A stretch of 64,000 nt of DNA from a virus (IMGVR_UViG_3300029288_000128:26152-90151), one strand, 5' to 3'. Positions 30,197 to 38,289 are shown, numbered from the stretch's first letter. The notes: generated by a model not told the origin, from the letters alone. Numbers and translations: made by a program.

Positions 30197-30403
30197 ATGT
30201 TACAATGTGTGTATATGGATAAAACGAATAAAGATCTCTATGACTATGAGATTAAACGTTATGCCAGGAAGATAGAAAGCCTTAGAAGAAAACAGAGTAG
30301 GGCACATAAGTTTAATTTTGTCAAGAGATATATCATCGAACGTAATATTCTGAAAGAAACCAAACAGCATTTCCAGATCCTGGATAGGATCACTCTTAGC
30401 TGA
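30197..30403 (+). CDS. hypothetical protein
   Basis: ORF; 3' end overlaps the start of tRNA-Met. Confidence 0.25.
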   Translation: MLQCVYMDKTNKDLYDYEIKRYARKIESLRRKQSRAHKFNFVKRYIIERNILKETKQHFQILDRITLS

Positions 30404-30469
30404 GTAGAGCAGGGGCAGCTCGGTGCGCTCATAACGCATAGGTCATCGGTTCGAATCCGATCTCAGCAA
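30398..30469 (+). tRNA. tRNA-Met (anticodon CAT)
   Basis: Manual fold: acceptor agctgag/ctcagca (A1:A72 mismatch), D gagc/gctc, anticodon stem gtgcg/cgcat, loop cTCATaa, T-arm atcgg-TTCGAAT-ccgat. Confidence 0.6.
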
Positions 30470-30537
30470 CTATGAAATATTTTGCACAACAACCAAACCA
30501 TAATAACTTACCCGGCAATCCGGGCGGAGTTTAATAT

Positions 30538-30610
30538 GGTGGCTGTAGTGTAAAGGTAAACATTCTAGTATGTGAAACTAGCGTTGAGAGTTCGATTCTC
30601 TCCGGCTACC
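30538..30610 (+). tRNA. tRNA-His (anticodon GTG) with G-1
   Basis: Acceptor gtggctg/cggctac with G-1:C73; anticodon loop atGTGaa; T-arm gagag-TTCGATT-ctctc. Confidence 0.6.
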
Positions 30611-30624
30611 CATAATTTTAAAGT

Positions 30625-31047
30625 ATGAAAGATAGAAAACAATATTTTAAAGATTATTATAAAAATATAGGGCGGAATAGAAGTGGACACAAACAACATA
30701 CGATAATGTTTACTCCAGGTTTATCTAAAGACATTCCAGCGTATAACAAGGTTAGACATGCCTCAATGAGAAGAAGAGCAATGGAAAAAATACAAGGAAC
30801 TTCCAATTTAGTTTGTATAAAATGCGGATGTTCTGAATATAAATTGCTTGAAATCAATCATGTTGATGGAGGTGGGAGGAAAGAACGTCTTTTAATGAAA
30901 GGAGAAAATATTTATGCACTAATTCTAAATAATAAACGGACAGTTAAGGATTTAGATATAAGATGCAAAATGTGCAATATATTATATTTCATAGAATTAA
31001 AATATGGGATAGAAGTATCTGAAAGATACAAATTATTGTGGAACTAA
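30625..31047 (+). CDS. HNH endonuclease
   Basis: CIKCGCSEYKLLEINHVDGG...CKMCN. Confidence 0.5.
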   Translation: MKDRKQYFKDYYKNIGRNRSGHKQHTIMFTPGLSKDIPAYNKVRHASMRRRAMEKIQGTSNLVCIKCGCSEYKLLEINHVDGGGRKERLLMKGENIYALILNNKRTVKDLDIRCKMCNILYFIELKYGIEVSERYKLLWN

Positions 31048-31069
31048 TTCTGTTTGTGAAGCAGCAAGT

Positions 31070-31094
31070 ATGGGTTCAAGTCCCATCGGCCACC
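31070..31094 (+). other. tRNA 3'-half-like fragment
   Basis: T-arm atggg-TTCAAGT-cccat plus a 7-nt acceptor strand, but no matching 5' half upstream; lies directly after the HNH gene. Confidence 0.25.
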
Positions 31095-31100
31095 CAACAA

Positions 31101-31171
31101 ACGGAGTGTAGTAAACCGGTAATACACACGGCCTGGGCCCGTGTAAACTGGGTTCGATTCCCGGCACTCCG
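31101..31171 (+). tRNA. tRNA-Pro (anticodon TGG), atypical C33
   Basis: Acceptor cggagtg/cactccg perfect; anticodon stem cacgg/ccgtg, loop ccTGGgc; T-arm ctggg-TTCGATT-cccgg. Confidence 0.5.
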
Positions 31172-31178
31172 ACATATA

Positions 31179-31254
31179 CGCGAGTATAGTGTCCAATGGT
31201 AGCACCTCTGCCTTCCAAGCAGATTGTAGGAGTTCAAATCTCCTTGCTCGCTCC
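31179..31254 (+). tRNA. tRNA-Gly (anticodon TCC), CCA encoded
   Basis: Acceptor gcgagta/tgctcgc; D gtgt/gcac; anticodon loop ctTCCaa; T-arm aggag-TTCAAAT-ctcct; ends tCCA. Confidence 0.65.
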
Positions 31255-31255
31255 A

Positions 31256-31328
31256 TATTAGAGTGGCGTAATCGGTAACGCAGTCCGCTGTTAACGGAAA
31301 GATTCTGGGTTCGAGTCCCAGCTCTAGT
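31256..31328 (+). tRNA. tRNA-Asn (anticodon GTT)
   Basis: Acceptor attagag/ctctagt; D gcgt/acgc; anticodon loop ctGTTaa; T-arm ctggg-TTCGAGT-cccag. Confidence 0.6.
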
Positions 31329-31449
31329 GCATTAACACCTGCCGCGCATAGTGGGTATTAGCCCAAGACTGCGAACCGAGGTAGGTTATTTACAAGTATT
31401 AAATTAATATATGAAAAAGAAAGGTCTACAATTATCGTCACTATCAAAC

Positions 31450-31486
31450 CTGAGCTTGTCGCTCAGTAGTTTGCTATCTTTATTTT
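31450..31486 (+). terminator. rho-independent terminator
   Basis: CTGAGC-ttgtc-GCTCAG hairpin followed by tagTTTgcTaTcTTTaTTTT. Confidence 0.45.
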
Positions 31487-31560
31487 GCCCGAGTGATGTA
31501 ATTGGAAACCATATTAGTTTTAGAAACTAAGTTTTGCAGGTTCGAGTCCTGTCTCGGGTA
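31487..31560 (+). tRNA. tRNA-Leu-like (anticodon TAG) with short variable arm
   Basis: Acceptor gcccgag/ctcgggt; 3-bp D-stem with Leu-like D-loop aattggaaac; anticodon stem ttagt/actaa, loop ttTAGaa; T-arm gcagg-TTCGAGT-cctgt; A73. Confidence 0.45.
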
Positions 31561-31570
31561 CTAAGTATTA

Positions 31571-31644
31571 GCCAGGGTAGGCCAATTGGCAGAGTCAGTA
31601 GCCTCAAAAGCTATTAAGTGTGGGTTCGAATCCCTCCCTGAGTA
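31571..31644 (+). tRNA. tRNA (anticodon CAA, Leu-like D-loop; acceptor imperfect)
   Basis: Anticodon stem gtagc/gctat, loop ctCAAaa; D-loop caattggcaga; T-arm gtggg-TTCGAAT-ccctc with one mismatch; acceptor pairs only 5 of 7. Confidence 0.35.
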
Positions 31645-31651
31645 CAATAAT

Positions 31652-32164
31652 ATGTATACAAATATAAATAATGAAATTTGGAAACCATTAATAAACCACA
31701 GGAATAACTACGAAGTATCTAATCATGGAAGAATAAAGAATTCTAACTTAAATAGAATTCTTAAATGTGGTCATGATCAAAATGGATATATAATATTTAA
31801 AATTAGGGATCTTAATTTGCATAAACCTATTTTTCATAAAGTACATAGAATTGTTGCATTATATTTTATAGATAATTTAGAAAATAAACCACAGGTTAAT
31901 CATAAAAATGGTATTAAATCAGATAATAATGTAGAAAATTTAGAATGGTGTAATGCCTTAGAAAATCAACAGCATGCCAGGAAAACTGGATTAATAAAAC
32001 AATCTGGAGAATTGTCTGTCAACGCGAAGCTTAAAAAAACAGACGCTGAAGAAATAAGATTAATGAAAAAAAATGGAGCAACATTAAAAAACATATGTTA
32101 TAAATTTAAAATATCAAAAGCCTGCGCATCCTATGTAGTGAATTATAAAACATATTGTCAATAA
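31652..32164 (+). CDS. HNH homing endonuclease (NUMOD4-like N-terminus + HNH)
   Basis: IWKPLINHRNNYEVSNHGRIKN and HRIVALYFIDNLENKPQVNHKNGIKSDNNVENLEWCNALENQQH; track start 31586 overlaps a tRNA, so start moved to Met 31652. Confidence 0.55.
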   Translation: MYTNINNEIWKPLINHRNNYEVSNHGRIKNSNLNRILKCGHDQNGYIIFKIRDLNLHKPIFHKVHRIVALYFIDNLENKPQVNHKNGIKSDNNVENLEWCNALENQQHARKTGLIKQSGELSVNAKLKKTDAEEIRLMKKNGATLKNICYKFKISKACASYVVNYKTYCQ

Positions 32165-32184
32165 AATAATTGTCTCCACATCAT

Positions 32185-32256
32185 TCTAGAGTGGAGAAAT
32201 TGGCATCTTAGATGACTTTGAATCATTTGTTCCAGGTTCGAACCCTGGCTCTAGAA
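32185..32256 (+). tRNA. tRNA-Gln (anticodon TTG)
   Basis: Acceptor tctagag/ctctaga perfect; D gaga/tctt; anticodon stem gatga/tcatt, loop ctTTGaa; T-arm ccagg-TTCGAAC-cctgg. Confidence 0.65.
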
Positions 32257-32328
32257 CATTGTTTCCTTAATGCGTGCCCTGATACTGTGTATTAGCATAA
32301 GTCTTGGGTCATACCTTAAGCAAATAAT

Positions 32329-32820
32329 ATGAAATTAGATATTTGTACTAGAGCACCAAGAAGAAATGGATTTTTAAATGTCGACGCTGTTGTTGGACCT
32401 AATGTTGATTTTGTTACAGACATTAGAAGCAGACTATCATTTGATAACGAACAAATAGAAGAAATAGTTTCTTGTGCTACGCTGGAACATCTCTTGTTAA
32501 CACAGACGCAGCGTTTACTAAAAGAATTCTATAGGATACTTAAACCATCAGGGAAATTAACGATAGCTGTACCGGATCTAAATAAGATATGTAACGGTTA
32601 TCTTAATAAAACTATTGATTTCAACCTAACTAATCAGTATCTTTATGGACAAATAACAGAAAATTCTTTGTTAGAATATGATAGTCACAAAAGTGCTTAT
32701 GATTTCCAGCAATTAAAATTTTTGTTAGAAACTGCAGGATTCCATGATATCAAGGAAGAAGAATATACTTTCCCAATGCATATAAAAGAATTGATGATAC
32801 AAATTACTTGTATCAAATAA
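32329..32820 (+). CDS. class I SAM-dependent methyltransferase-like protein
   Basis: RNGFLNVDAV...ILKPSGKLTIAVPDL has a methyltransferase-type-11-like pattern. Confidence 0.4.
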   Translation: MKLDICTRAPRRNGFLNVDAVVGPNVDFVTDIRSRLSFDNEQIEEIVSCATLEHLLLTQTQRLLKEFYRILKPSGKLTIAVPDLNKICNGYLNKTIDFNLTNQYLYGQITENSLLEYDSHKSAYDFQQLKFLLETAGFHDIKEEEYTFPMHIKELMIQITCIK

Positions 32821-32823
32821 ATT

Positions 32824-33057
32824 ATGATTATGAATAAAGCAGAACGTATCCATAGAACAAAACAAATTATCAAGAAGAGATTGAATATTATAAAGAACGT
32901 ATGGCAAACGGAACGCGCAAAACCTGCACATTCCTTGCATAAATTCAATCTTAACTGCGGTTGCAAGATGTGCCACTTCTATAAGTATGTTGGCAATAGC
33001 ATGGCAAGACTAAAGCATAGAGACAAAAAAAACTATGATAAAAATCTACACACTTAA
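32824..33057 (+). CDS. small basic protein
   Basis: 77 aa, Lys/Arg-rich, contains CGCKMCH. Confidence 0.25.
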   Translation: MIMNKAERIHRTKQIIKKRLNIIKNVWQTERAKPAHSLHKFNLNCGCKMCHFYKYVGNSMARLKHRDKKNYDKNLHT

Positions 33058-33274
33058 AGGCTGCCACAATTGTGAGCTGGCCAAAGAACTTATCAGCAAA
33101 TATGGCATAGTTTTTGATGAGGTTGATTGCTTAGAGGCCATTAACGAGATCCCGAGATACCTAAAGCTCGGAGAAATAGATCTCCCTATACTGAAAGTAC
33201 AGGATAACTTCTTTTCCATAGGTCCTAAGATGGATTACTTGCAGAGTATTATAGATAAAATATTAAAAATATGA
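33035..33274 (+). CDS. glutaredoxin/NrdH-like redoxin
   Basis: MIKIYTLKGCHNCELAKELI is a CxxC thioredoxin-fold N-terminus. Confidence 0.5.
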   Translation: MIKIYTLKGCHNCELAKELISKYGIVFDEVDCLEAINEIPRYLKLGEIDLPILKVQDNFFSIGPKMDYLQSIIDKILKI

Positions 33275-33897
33275 CCACGAAACCTGTATTCTTTATAGGG
33301 ATACCAACAGTAGACGGTCGCGTGAACGCAGAGTTAATGCTTACATTAATCAAATGGAGCCAACCACATCCGGATTACTCAGTCATAGTAGGTTACCAAC
33401 CATTCACTATCCCTCATGATCATGCTAGAAATGTATTGATTAAAAAGTTCTTAATGACAAAGGCCACGCATTTCATCGGGATAGATGATGATGTAATTCC
33501 ACCTGATGATGCTCTTTATAAACTCAGATCAATGATAGACAAAGACTTTGTTACTGGTATAATAAACAGAGCAGTCGCGCATAAGGATGGCATTGATGTA
33601 ACTCCGGCAGTCTTCGATTTCAATGGTGAACATTTTGAAACCAAATACAATTACGAACCTATTAAGAAATTGAAACGCATAGCAGGTTGTGGCCTTGGAT
33701 TATACATGGCCAAGAGAGAAGTCTTTGAAAAAATAACCAGACCTTTTGAATTCAAATACACAGACGATGGCATAATAAAGACATCTGAAGATCTTACATT
33801 CTGTCTCAAGATGAAAGAAAGTAAGTTTGAAATGTGGGCTGATTATTCAATAGTCTGCAAGCATATCAAAGATATAGACATAAGTTTATTAAAATAA
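33271..33897 (+). CDS. glycosyltransferase-like protein (paralog of the 7854-8597 product)
   Basis: FIGIDDDVIPPDDALYKL is a DxD motif; N-terminus and overall length are conserved between the two paralogs. Confidence 0.45.
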   Translation: MTTKPVFFIGIPTVDGRVNAELMLTLIKWSQPHPDYSVIVGYQPFTIPHDHARNVLIKKFLMTKATHFIGIDDDVIPPDDALYKLRSMIDKDFVTGIINRAVAHKDGIDVTPAVFDFNGEHFETKYNYEPIKKLKRIAGCGLGLYMAKREVFEKITRPFEFKYTDDGIIKTSEDLTFCLKMKESKFEMWADYSIVCKHIKDIDISLLK

Positions 33898-33943
33898 AAG
33901 TTCCTTGAAACAAAAATAAAATAATGAATGAAAGGAGGATATC

Positions 33944-34126
33944 ATGTATGGATGCTGTATCTGCGGAGCATGTGTTGCGTTCCCTGAACGACTCGAGTTA
34001 ATTGGCTATGACTTACTTAAGATACTGTATGTCTGCAACAACTGCATACATGATATCAAGGATAAGCCCACTGATGAATTGTTAGAAATAATAGACAAAC
34101 GATACATCGAATGGAGGCTGAAATGA
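33944..34126 (+). CDS. small zinc-ribbon protein
   Basis: CCICGAC...CNNC. Confidence 0.3.
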   Translation: MYGCCICGACVAFPERLELIGYDLLKILYVCNNCIHDIKDKPTDELLEIIDKRYIEWRLK

Positions 34127-34389
34127 AACATAAACACAAAAAGAAAAAGGGAAGCAGTCCTGTTATTAGCCGTACACCACACGAACATTCATTAGATTAT
34201 TATATGCAGAACTTTCACGAGATCTGCGAAAGATGCGGAGAACCCTTATCTGTGATCAAGCATAGGCCCAAAAGCCATACTCACAGAGAAGTTGTTGCCG
34301 CAGTCTGTATTAACAAAAACTACAAAGGCAACCCGTATCATTGTGAACTGTATCAAGTGGAAATACGATTCATAGAAAAATTCATTTAG
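34111..34389 (+). CDS. small zinc-binding protein
   Basis: CERCGEP...H..H. Confidence 0.3.
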   Translation: MEAEMKHKHKKKKGSSPVISRTPHEHSLDYYMQNFHEICERCGEPLSVIKHRPKSHTHREVVAAVCINKNYKGNPYHCELYQVEIRFIEKFI

Positions 34390-34657
34390 GAGGTGTTATG
34401 AAAAAGATATGGTGCTGGAGATGCTCTGACTATGTCGAAGAACACAGAGTGATATCATTCACATACTGGTTCAACGTCCTATGTAAATGTGGCACTGTTT
34501 TATACAGTACAAAGAAACAAAAATGCGATCACTCGCCAGCAAACAAATAGACTGGTTAATATCGCACTGGAGGGCCTTAAAACCCTCCTAATAACAAACA
34601 ATAAAATAAATATATGAAGAAATTATTTACATTCTATTGGTGCTATTATAGCTGAAC

Positions 34658-34728
34658 GACCTGGTAGCCAAGCGGTTAGGCGGCAGTCTGCAAAACTGCA
34701 AACGCGGGTTCAATTCCCGCTCAGGTCT
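34658..34728 (+). tRNA. tRNA-Cys (anticodon GCA)
   Basis: Acceptor gacctgg/tcaggtc; anticodon stem gcagt/actgc, loop ctGCAaa; T-arm gcggg-TTCAATT-cccgc. Confidence 0.65.
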
Positions 34729-34739
34729 CAGTGTTTTTT

Positions 34740-34824
34740 GCATTGGTAGACCTGTAGTGAGCAGGGGCAGACTGTAGATCTGCTGTCCTAAAGGGCCCTG
34801 TGAGTTCAACTCTCACCCAATGCA
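34740..34824 (+). tRNA. tRNA-Tyr (anticodon GTA), type II long variable arm
   Basis: Acceptor gcattgg/ccaatgc perfect; anticodon stem gcaga/tctgc, loop ctGTAga; 16-nt variable arm; T-arm gtgag-TTCAACT-ctcac. Confidence 0.55.
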
Positions 34825-34830
34825 CAGTTT

Positions 34831-34905
34831 GGGGAGTTAGCTCAACAGTAGAGCACACGGCTGAAACCCGTGGTGTAATCAGTGCGACACTGATACTCCC
34901 CACCA
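34831..34905 (+). tRNA. tRNA-Phe (anticodon GAA), CCA encoded, atypical T-loop
   Basis: Acceptor ggggagt/actcccc; D gctc/gagc; anticodon stem cacgg/ccgtg, loop ctGAAac; T-arm atcag-TGCGACA-ctgat (non-TTCRA loop). Confidence 0.55.
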
Positions 34906-34906
34906 T

Positions 34907-34979
34907 GTGAGGGTAGTGTAACAGCTTAGCACAGTGGTCTCCAAAACCACTAGACTCGGGGCAGCACCGGGCCTTCATG
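34907..34979 (+). tRNA. tRNA-Trp (anticodon CCA), atypical T-loop
   Basis: Acceptor gtgaggg/ccttcat (two G-U pairs); D gtgt/gcac; anticodon stem gtggt/accac, loop ctCCAaa; T-arm ctcgg-GGCAGCA-ccggg. Confidence 0.45.
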
Positions 34980-35020
34980 CATAGATCTTTGGACAGTGGA
35001 GTCAAGCTAAAGTCAAAGTT

Positions 35021-35344
35021 ATGTCATTAAAAAAAATGTTACGTGATACTGATAAAGACGTTATCAGTATAGAGTGTTTAGAAGAAGGAGGATTTCGAAT
35101 GGAATGTAGCAACCCAGATGGAACTAACTGGGGGTCTACTTATTATGGATTAGTTTGTTATGAATCATTACAAAATTTAGAAGGTAAAGTTCTTACCTTA
35201 ATAGACGCTACGTTTGTTGATAAAGAGCAACGTAAGGCGGTAAAAGATATATTCAGAAAAACTTTCTGGTTTGATTGGGTGGAACATCATCTTTATAAAG
35301 GCAAAAATGCTATGCCAGTAGGCATGCCACCAACACCTAGGTAA
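35021..35344 (+). CDS. hypothetical protein
   Basis: ORF. Confidence 0.3.
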   Translation: MSLKKMLRDTDKDVISIECLEEGGFRMECSNPDGTNWGSTYYGLVCYESLQNLEGKVLTLIDATFVDKEQRKAVKDIFRKTFWFDWVEHHLYKGKNAMPVGMPPTPR

Positions 35345-35355
35345 TTAATAAATCT

Positions 35356-35383
35356 TTGACTCCACTTTCTAGCGATCTATAAC
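35356..35383 (+). promoter_or_regulatory. sigma70-like promoter candidate
   Basis: TTGACT, 16-nt spacer, TATAAC. Confidence 0.35.
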
Positions 35384-35515
35384 TTAGGGGAGCGCGTTAA
35401 AAGGTATAGACCTAAGACGAAGTCTATGAAGGGGCTACTTAGTAGCGTGCACGCCAAACGTAGTGAGTACATAGTATAAATATAAGCTCAATCTTATAGC
35501 GCCCCACCCTAAGTT
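35381..35515 (+). ncRNA. structured leader / small RNA candidate upstream of tRNA-Asp
   Basis: Long-range helix AACTTAGGGGAGCGC (35381-95) pairs with AGCGCCCCACCCTAAGTT (35498-515); inner hairpins ATAGAC..GTCTAT and GCGTGCACGC; ends 2 nt before the tRNA. Confidence 0.3.
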
Positions 35516-35517
35516 AT

Positions 35518-35589
35518 GGAACTATGGTCTAATGGTCATGACTGTAGCTTGTCAAGCTATCAATCCGAGTTCAATTCTCGGTAGTTCCG
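35518..35589 (+). tRNA. tRNA-Asp (anticodon GTC)
   Basis: Acceptor ggaacta/tagttcc perfect; anticodon stem gtagc/gctat, loop ttGTCaa; T-arm ccgag-TTCAATT-ctcgg. Confidence 0.65.
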
Positions 35590-35693
35590 CTGCAAACCTT
35601 TTAGATTAATAACCTAAATTTGTGAAGCTAAATACGCACCTATTAGGGTGATCGAATAGAACAACGTTAAACAACTGGCCCAAAGCCGGTTAT

Positions 35694-35764
35694 GCTCGAC
35701 TAGTTAAGTGGTATAACAGCAGTTTTGTAAACTGTTATCGAGGGTTCGACTCCTTCGTTGAGCT
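35694..35764 (+). tRNA. tRNA-Thr (anticodon TGT)
   Basis: Acceptor gctcgac/gttgagc; D gtta/taac; anticodon stem gcagt/actgt, loop ttTGTaa; T-arm gaggg-TTCGACT-ccttc. Confidence 0.6.
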
Positions 35765-35793
35765 CAATTAAAATAATTATATGTGAAACTAAT

Positions 35794-35964
35794 ATGGGAA
35801 GATGTCGAAATTCAAAGTGCAAAGTCTGTGGCACTACCAAGAACGTCAAGCTATATACTATAGCAGATGACATGGAAAACCCACAGCCATATTGCGAAAA
35901 GTGTTTCGATGATTTCCAACTAGAATGTATATTGGCTTTATCTAAGCTAAACCTTAAATGGTAA
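35794..35964 (+). CDS. small zinc-ribbon protein
   Basis: CRNSKCKVCG...CEKC; start moved downstream of the tRNA. Confidence 0.3.
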   Translation: MGRCRNSKCKVCGTTKNVKLYTIADDMENPQPYCEKCFDDFQLECILALSKLNLKW

Positions 35965-36073
35965 CAAGATACATTCGCTACAATCAACCTGATCGCGGCT
36001 TATTATAGCCATGCTGTGGTTTAATAATATGAAACGAAGCTCCGTTATCACTCTAGTGAATACGTCTTCATAA

Positions 36074-36110
36074 AACAAAAGAGCCTGGATTTTCATCCAA
36101 GCTCTTTTTA
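36074..36110. terminator. bidirectional rho-independent terminator at the convergent junction
   Basis: AAAAGAGC-c-TGGAT-tttc-ATCCA-a-GCTCTTTT is a long bulged hairpin flanked by an A-run and a T-run. Confidence 0.55.
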
Positions 36111-36134
36111 TATTGAAGAATATCAAAGTAGTTA

Positions 36135-36746
36135 TTAGGCTTCTGTGATGTACTTACCATTCTTAACTAGATTATCATGCGCCCATAACGGTTGAAGATT
36201 GGTTAATGCCCAGCATTTCGCGAACTGATCCTTATCGGAATAATCAAAACTTTTATCTGGGATCACATGATCAATATGCCACTGGCCATAATTATCCCAT
36301 GTCATTCCAGGCGAGAATAATGATTCGATATGTGTAACAAGTTCATCAAGAGTAAATGCTAACATTTCAAATGTCTTTTTTGTTTTAACTAACAAACGTT
36401 TGCTCAATCTCATTCTAATTTGATTAGCTATGTTATGACGTAATCGTTGTCGAGGTGCGCCATGCCATTTCTTATAGTATTCTTTATTACGTTCACGTAA
36501 AAGATCCTTATTTGAATTGTAATACTTTCTACGTCTAGCTATACCGGCCTCAGTCTGTTCGTATTCTTTACGATAAATAATCTCTTGATTAGTATGCTCG
36601 GCATGCCACTTGGCAGTATATGCGTTACGCTTATCGCGATGTTTAATACGATTAGTTTTTTGATAAACTTTCGTTTTACCACTAGCTTTATATTGCAAAT
36701 AAACCTCGTGTTGCTTCAAAGCTTTTTCTTCTTTTGACATTGCCAT
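36135..36746 (-). CDS. HNH endonuclease
   Basis: WHIDHVIP...NLQPLWAHDNLVKNGK. Confidence 0.45.
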   Translation of the reverse strand: MAMSKEEKALKQHEVYLQYKASGKTKVYQKTNRIKHRDKRNAYTAKWHAEHTNQEIIYRKEYEQTEAGIARRRKYYNSNKDLLRERNKEYYKKWHGAPRQRLRHNIANQIRMRLSKRLLVKTKKTFEMLAFTLDELVTHIESLFSPGMTWDNYGQWHIDHVIPDKSFDYSDKDQFAKCWALTNLQPLWAHDNLVKNGKYITEA

Positions 36747-36832
36747 AAATTCAAATTAATAAATAAGAGTATCCCGGTTAAAGGATACTCTTATTATATC
36801 TGAACTTAACAAATAAGTCAAGTTACCGAAGC

Positions 36833-37645
36833 CTAAGCTTCTGTGATGTTCGTCATCTTGCCGTGCTTCTGCAAAGCGCTGAAGGTCAAACATCCATATC
36901 CGAAGATAGTTGTTTGCATATAGTCTTTGCCTTGATCTCTTAGTTGTTGCCAACCAGTTGATTCAAAGTTCTTCAAGACTCTCCAGTTCAAATACTTCTC
37001 ATTCAACATGAAAAGATGTGAAGAAGGACAATACGGATCTTCAATCATTGGGATATTCTTGAAGAAGAACGCATCGTAGCCACCATAAGAAACTCTCTTA
37101 TTGTTAGCGGCCATGTCGTTGAAGTTAGTACCTGCAAAGTACGCTGTACCCGCAGTACCAGTGACTACTCTCTTGCTTAATGAATTCTCGTAAGCTTCGA
37201 GAACTCCAGGAGCACAGACGATCAAAGAAGCTGGGTCATTATCTTCACCATATTTCTTTGTGTCATTGTACATGGAATTTAAAGCGTCCCATGTAAGAAC
37301 GGTTGTAGAGCTGTCTTCGTAGCCCCTCCACCAACTATTTGCGTAAGAATCGATACCACCGATCAAGGATTCTGATCCAGGATCTCCGGTGATAGCGCCG
37401 CGCAAACCTATCATCTTTCCGTTTGCATCACCATCGATAGCTGTGCCATAGGCATCAGTAGCAATAGCTTTTCTCAAACGTTTTGTAGCGTTGCGAAGTT
37501 TAATCGCAGCGATGTCTAAGATTCTTGACGCACCGGCATTTTGAGTGACGGTTAAGTTATGAATCTTGATAGTGACGTGATACCAAAATGTTAATCTCGA
37601 CTTGTTATTAATCGAGTATCGGACTATGACTTCAAAGTTAGTATC
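36833..37645 (-). CDS. putative major capsid protein, exon 3 (3' splice site not mapped)
   Basis: Frame open from 37645 to the stop at 36833; sits downstream of the scaffold-like gene in terminase-portal-scaffold order; separated from the upstream coding piece by a LAGLIDADG ORF in another frame. Confidence 0.4.
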   Translation of the reverse strand, partial: DTNFEVIVRYSINNKSRLTFWYHVTIKIHNLTVTQNAGASRILDIAAIKLRNATKRLRKAIATDAYGTAIDGDANGKMIGLRGAITGDPGSESLIGGIDSYANSWWRGYEDSSTTVLTWDALNSMYNDTKKYGEDNDPASLIVCAPGVLEAYENSLSKRVVTGTAGTAYFAGTNFNDMAANNKRVSYGGYDAFFFKNIPMIEDPYCPSSHLFMLNEKYLNWRVLKNFESTGWQQLRDQGKDYMQTTIFGYGCLTFSALQKHGKMTNITEA

Positions 37646-38190
37646 CTAACCTTGTCATTATATTTAGTCTCTACAGCTGCACGAATTCTAATACGCTCTT
37701 CCTCAGAAATGCATTTAGGATATCCAAACTTTACGTTCTTGCAATCCTTAATAGCATCTATTAATAACTGACGTTGTTGGATCTCATGATCAGAATACTT
37801 AGTAGTACCGCCATGTATTCCTTTAACTCCTTGTTTAAGTCTGTCTCTGTTGCCAACGATAACTCTATCGATTAATCGTAGTGCAAATTCGGCCTCAGTT
37901 TTCTTTACTTTTAGAAATGGAAGCATAGTTTTTAATGCTGTCTTCACATTTGGTAAGCCTTGGAGATCCCAGATCCAACCCGGTTTTTTTGTGCCACCAT
38001 AAGCCATTCGAACTTTACCGCCAAATTGTCCGATAAAGTGATCAACCCATTGATATGAACACATCCAAACCTGAAGAGCAATTCTATAATGGTTAGTCTT
38101 TTTATCTGTTCTTCTTAAACAGATAATACAGCCTTCACCATCGAACAGGCCAGCCATATAGGCAACCTGTAATGCTCTATCTTTTTTCAT
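37624..38190 (-). CDS. LAGLIDADG homing endonuclease (intron-encoded, intron 2)
   Basis: MAGLFDGEGCII motif. Confidence 0.6.
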   Translation of the reverse strand: MKKDRALQVAYMAGLFDGEGCIICLRRTDKKTNHYRIALQVWMCSYQWVDHFIGQFGGKVRMAYGGTKKPGWIWDLQGLPNVKTALKTMLPFLKVKKTEAEFALRLIDRVIVGNRDRLKQGVKGIHGGTTKYSDHEIQQRQLLIDAIKDCKNVKFGYPKCISEEERIRIRAAVETKYNDKVRILTLKS

Positions 38191-38289
38191 AGATTCTGCT
38201 TGCTAGACGTTAGCAATTTCAGCCTTCGTCTTAATTAAAAATGATTTAAGGAACAACATATCATATAGTCTCTATATGATTTGCTTTAG

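Noticed and set aside
31033-31256. Minus-strand ORFs 31033-31218 and 31044-31256
   Set aside because: They lie entirely over the tRNA-Pro, Gly and Asn genes on the opposite strand. Their composition is driven by the tRNA sequence and is not coding.
31586-31651. Upstream part of the track ORF 31586-32164
   Set aside because: It overlaps the 3' end of a tRNA. The HNH protein most likely starts at Met 31652 (MYTNINNE).
34627-35005. Minus-strand ORFs 34627-34809 and 34721-35005, and similarly 35700-35987
   Set aside because: They are antisense to the tRNA-Cys, Tyr, Phe, Trp and Thr genes. They are artefacts of the six-frame translation.
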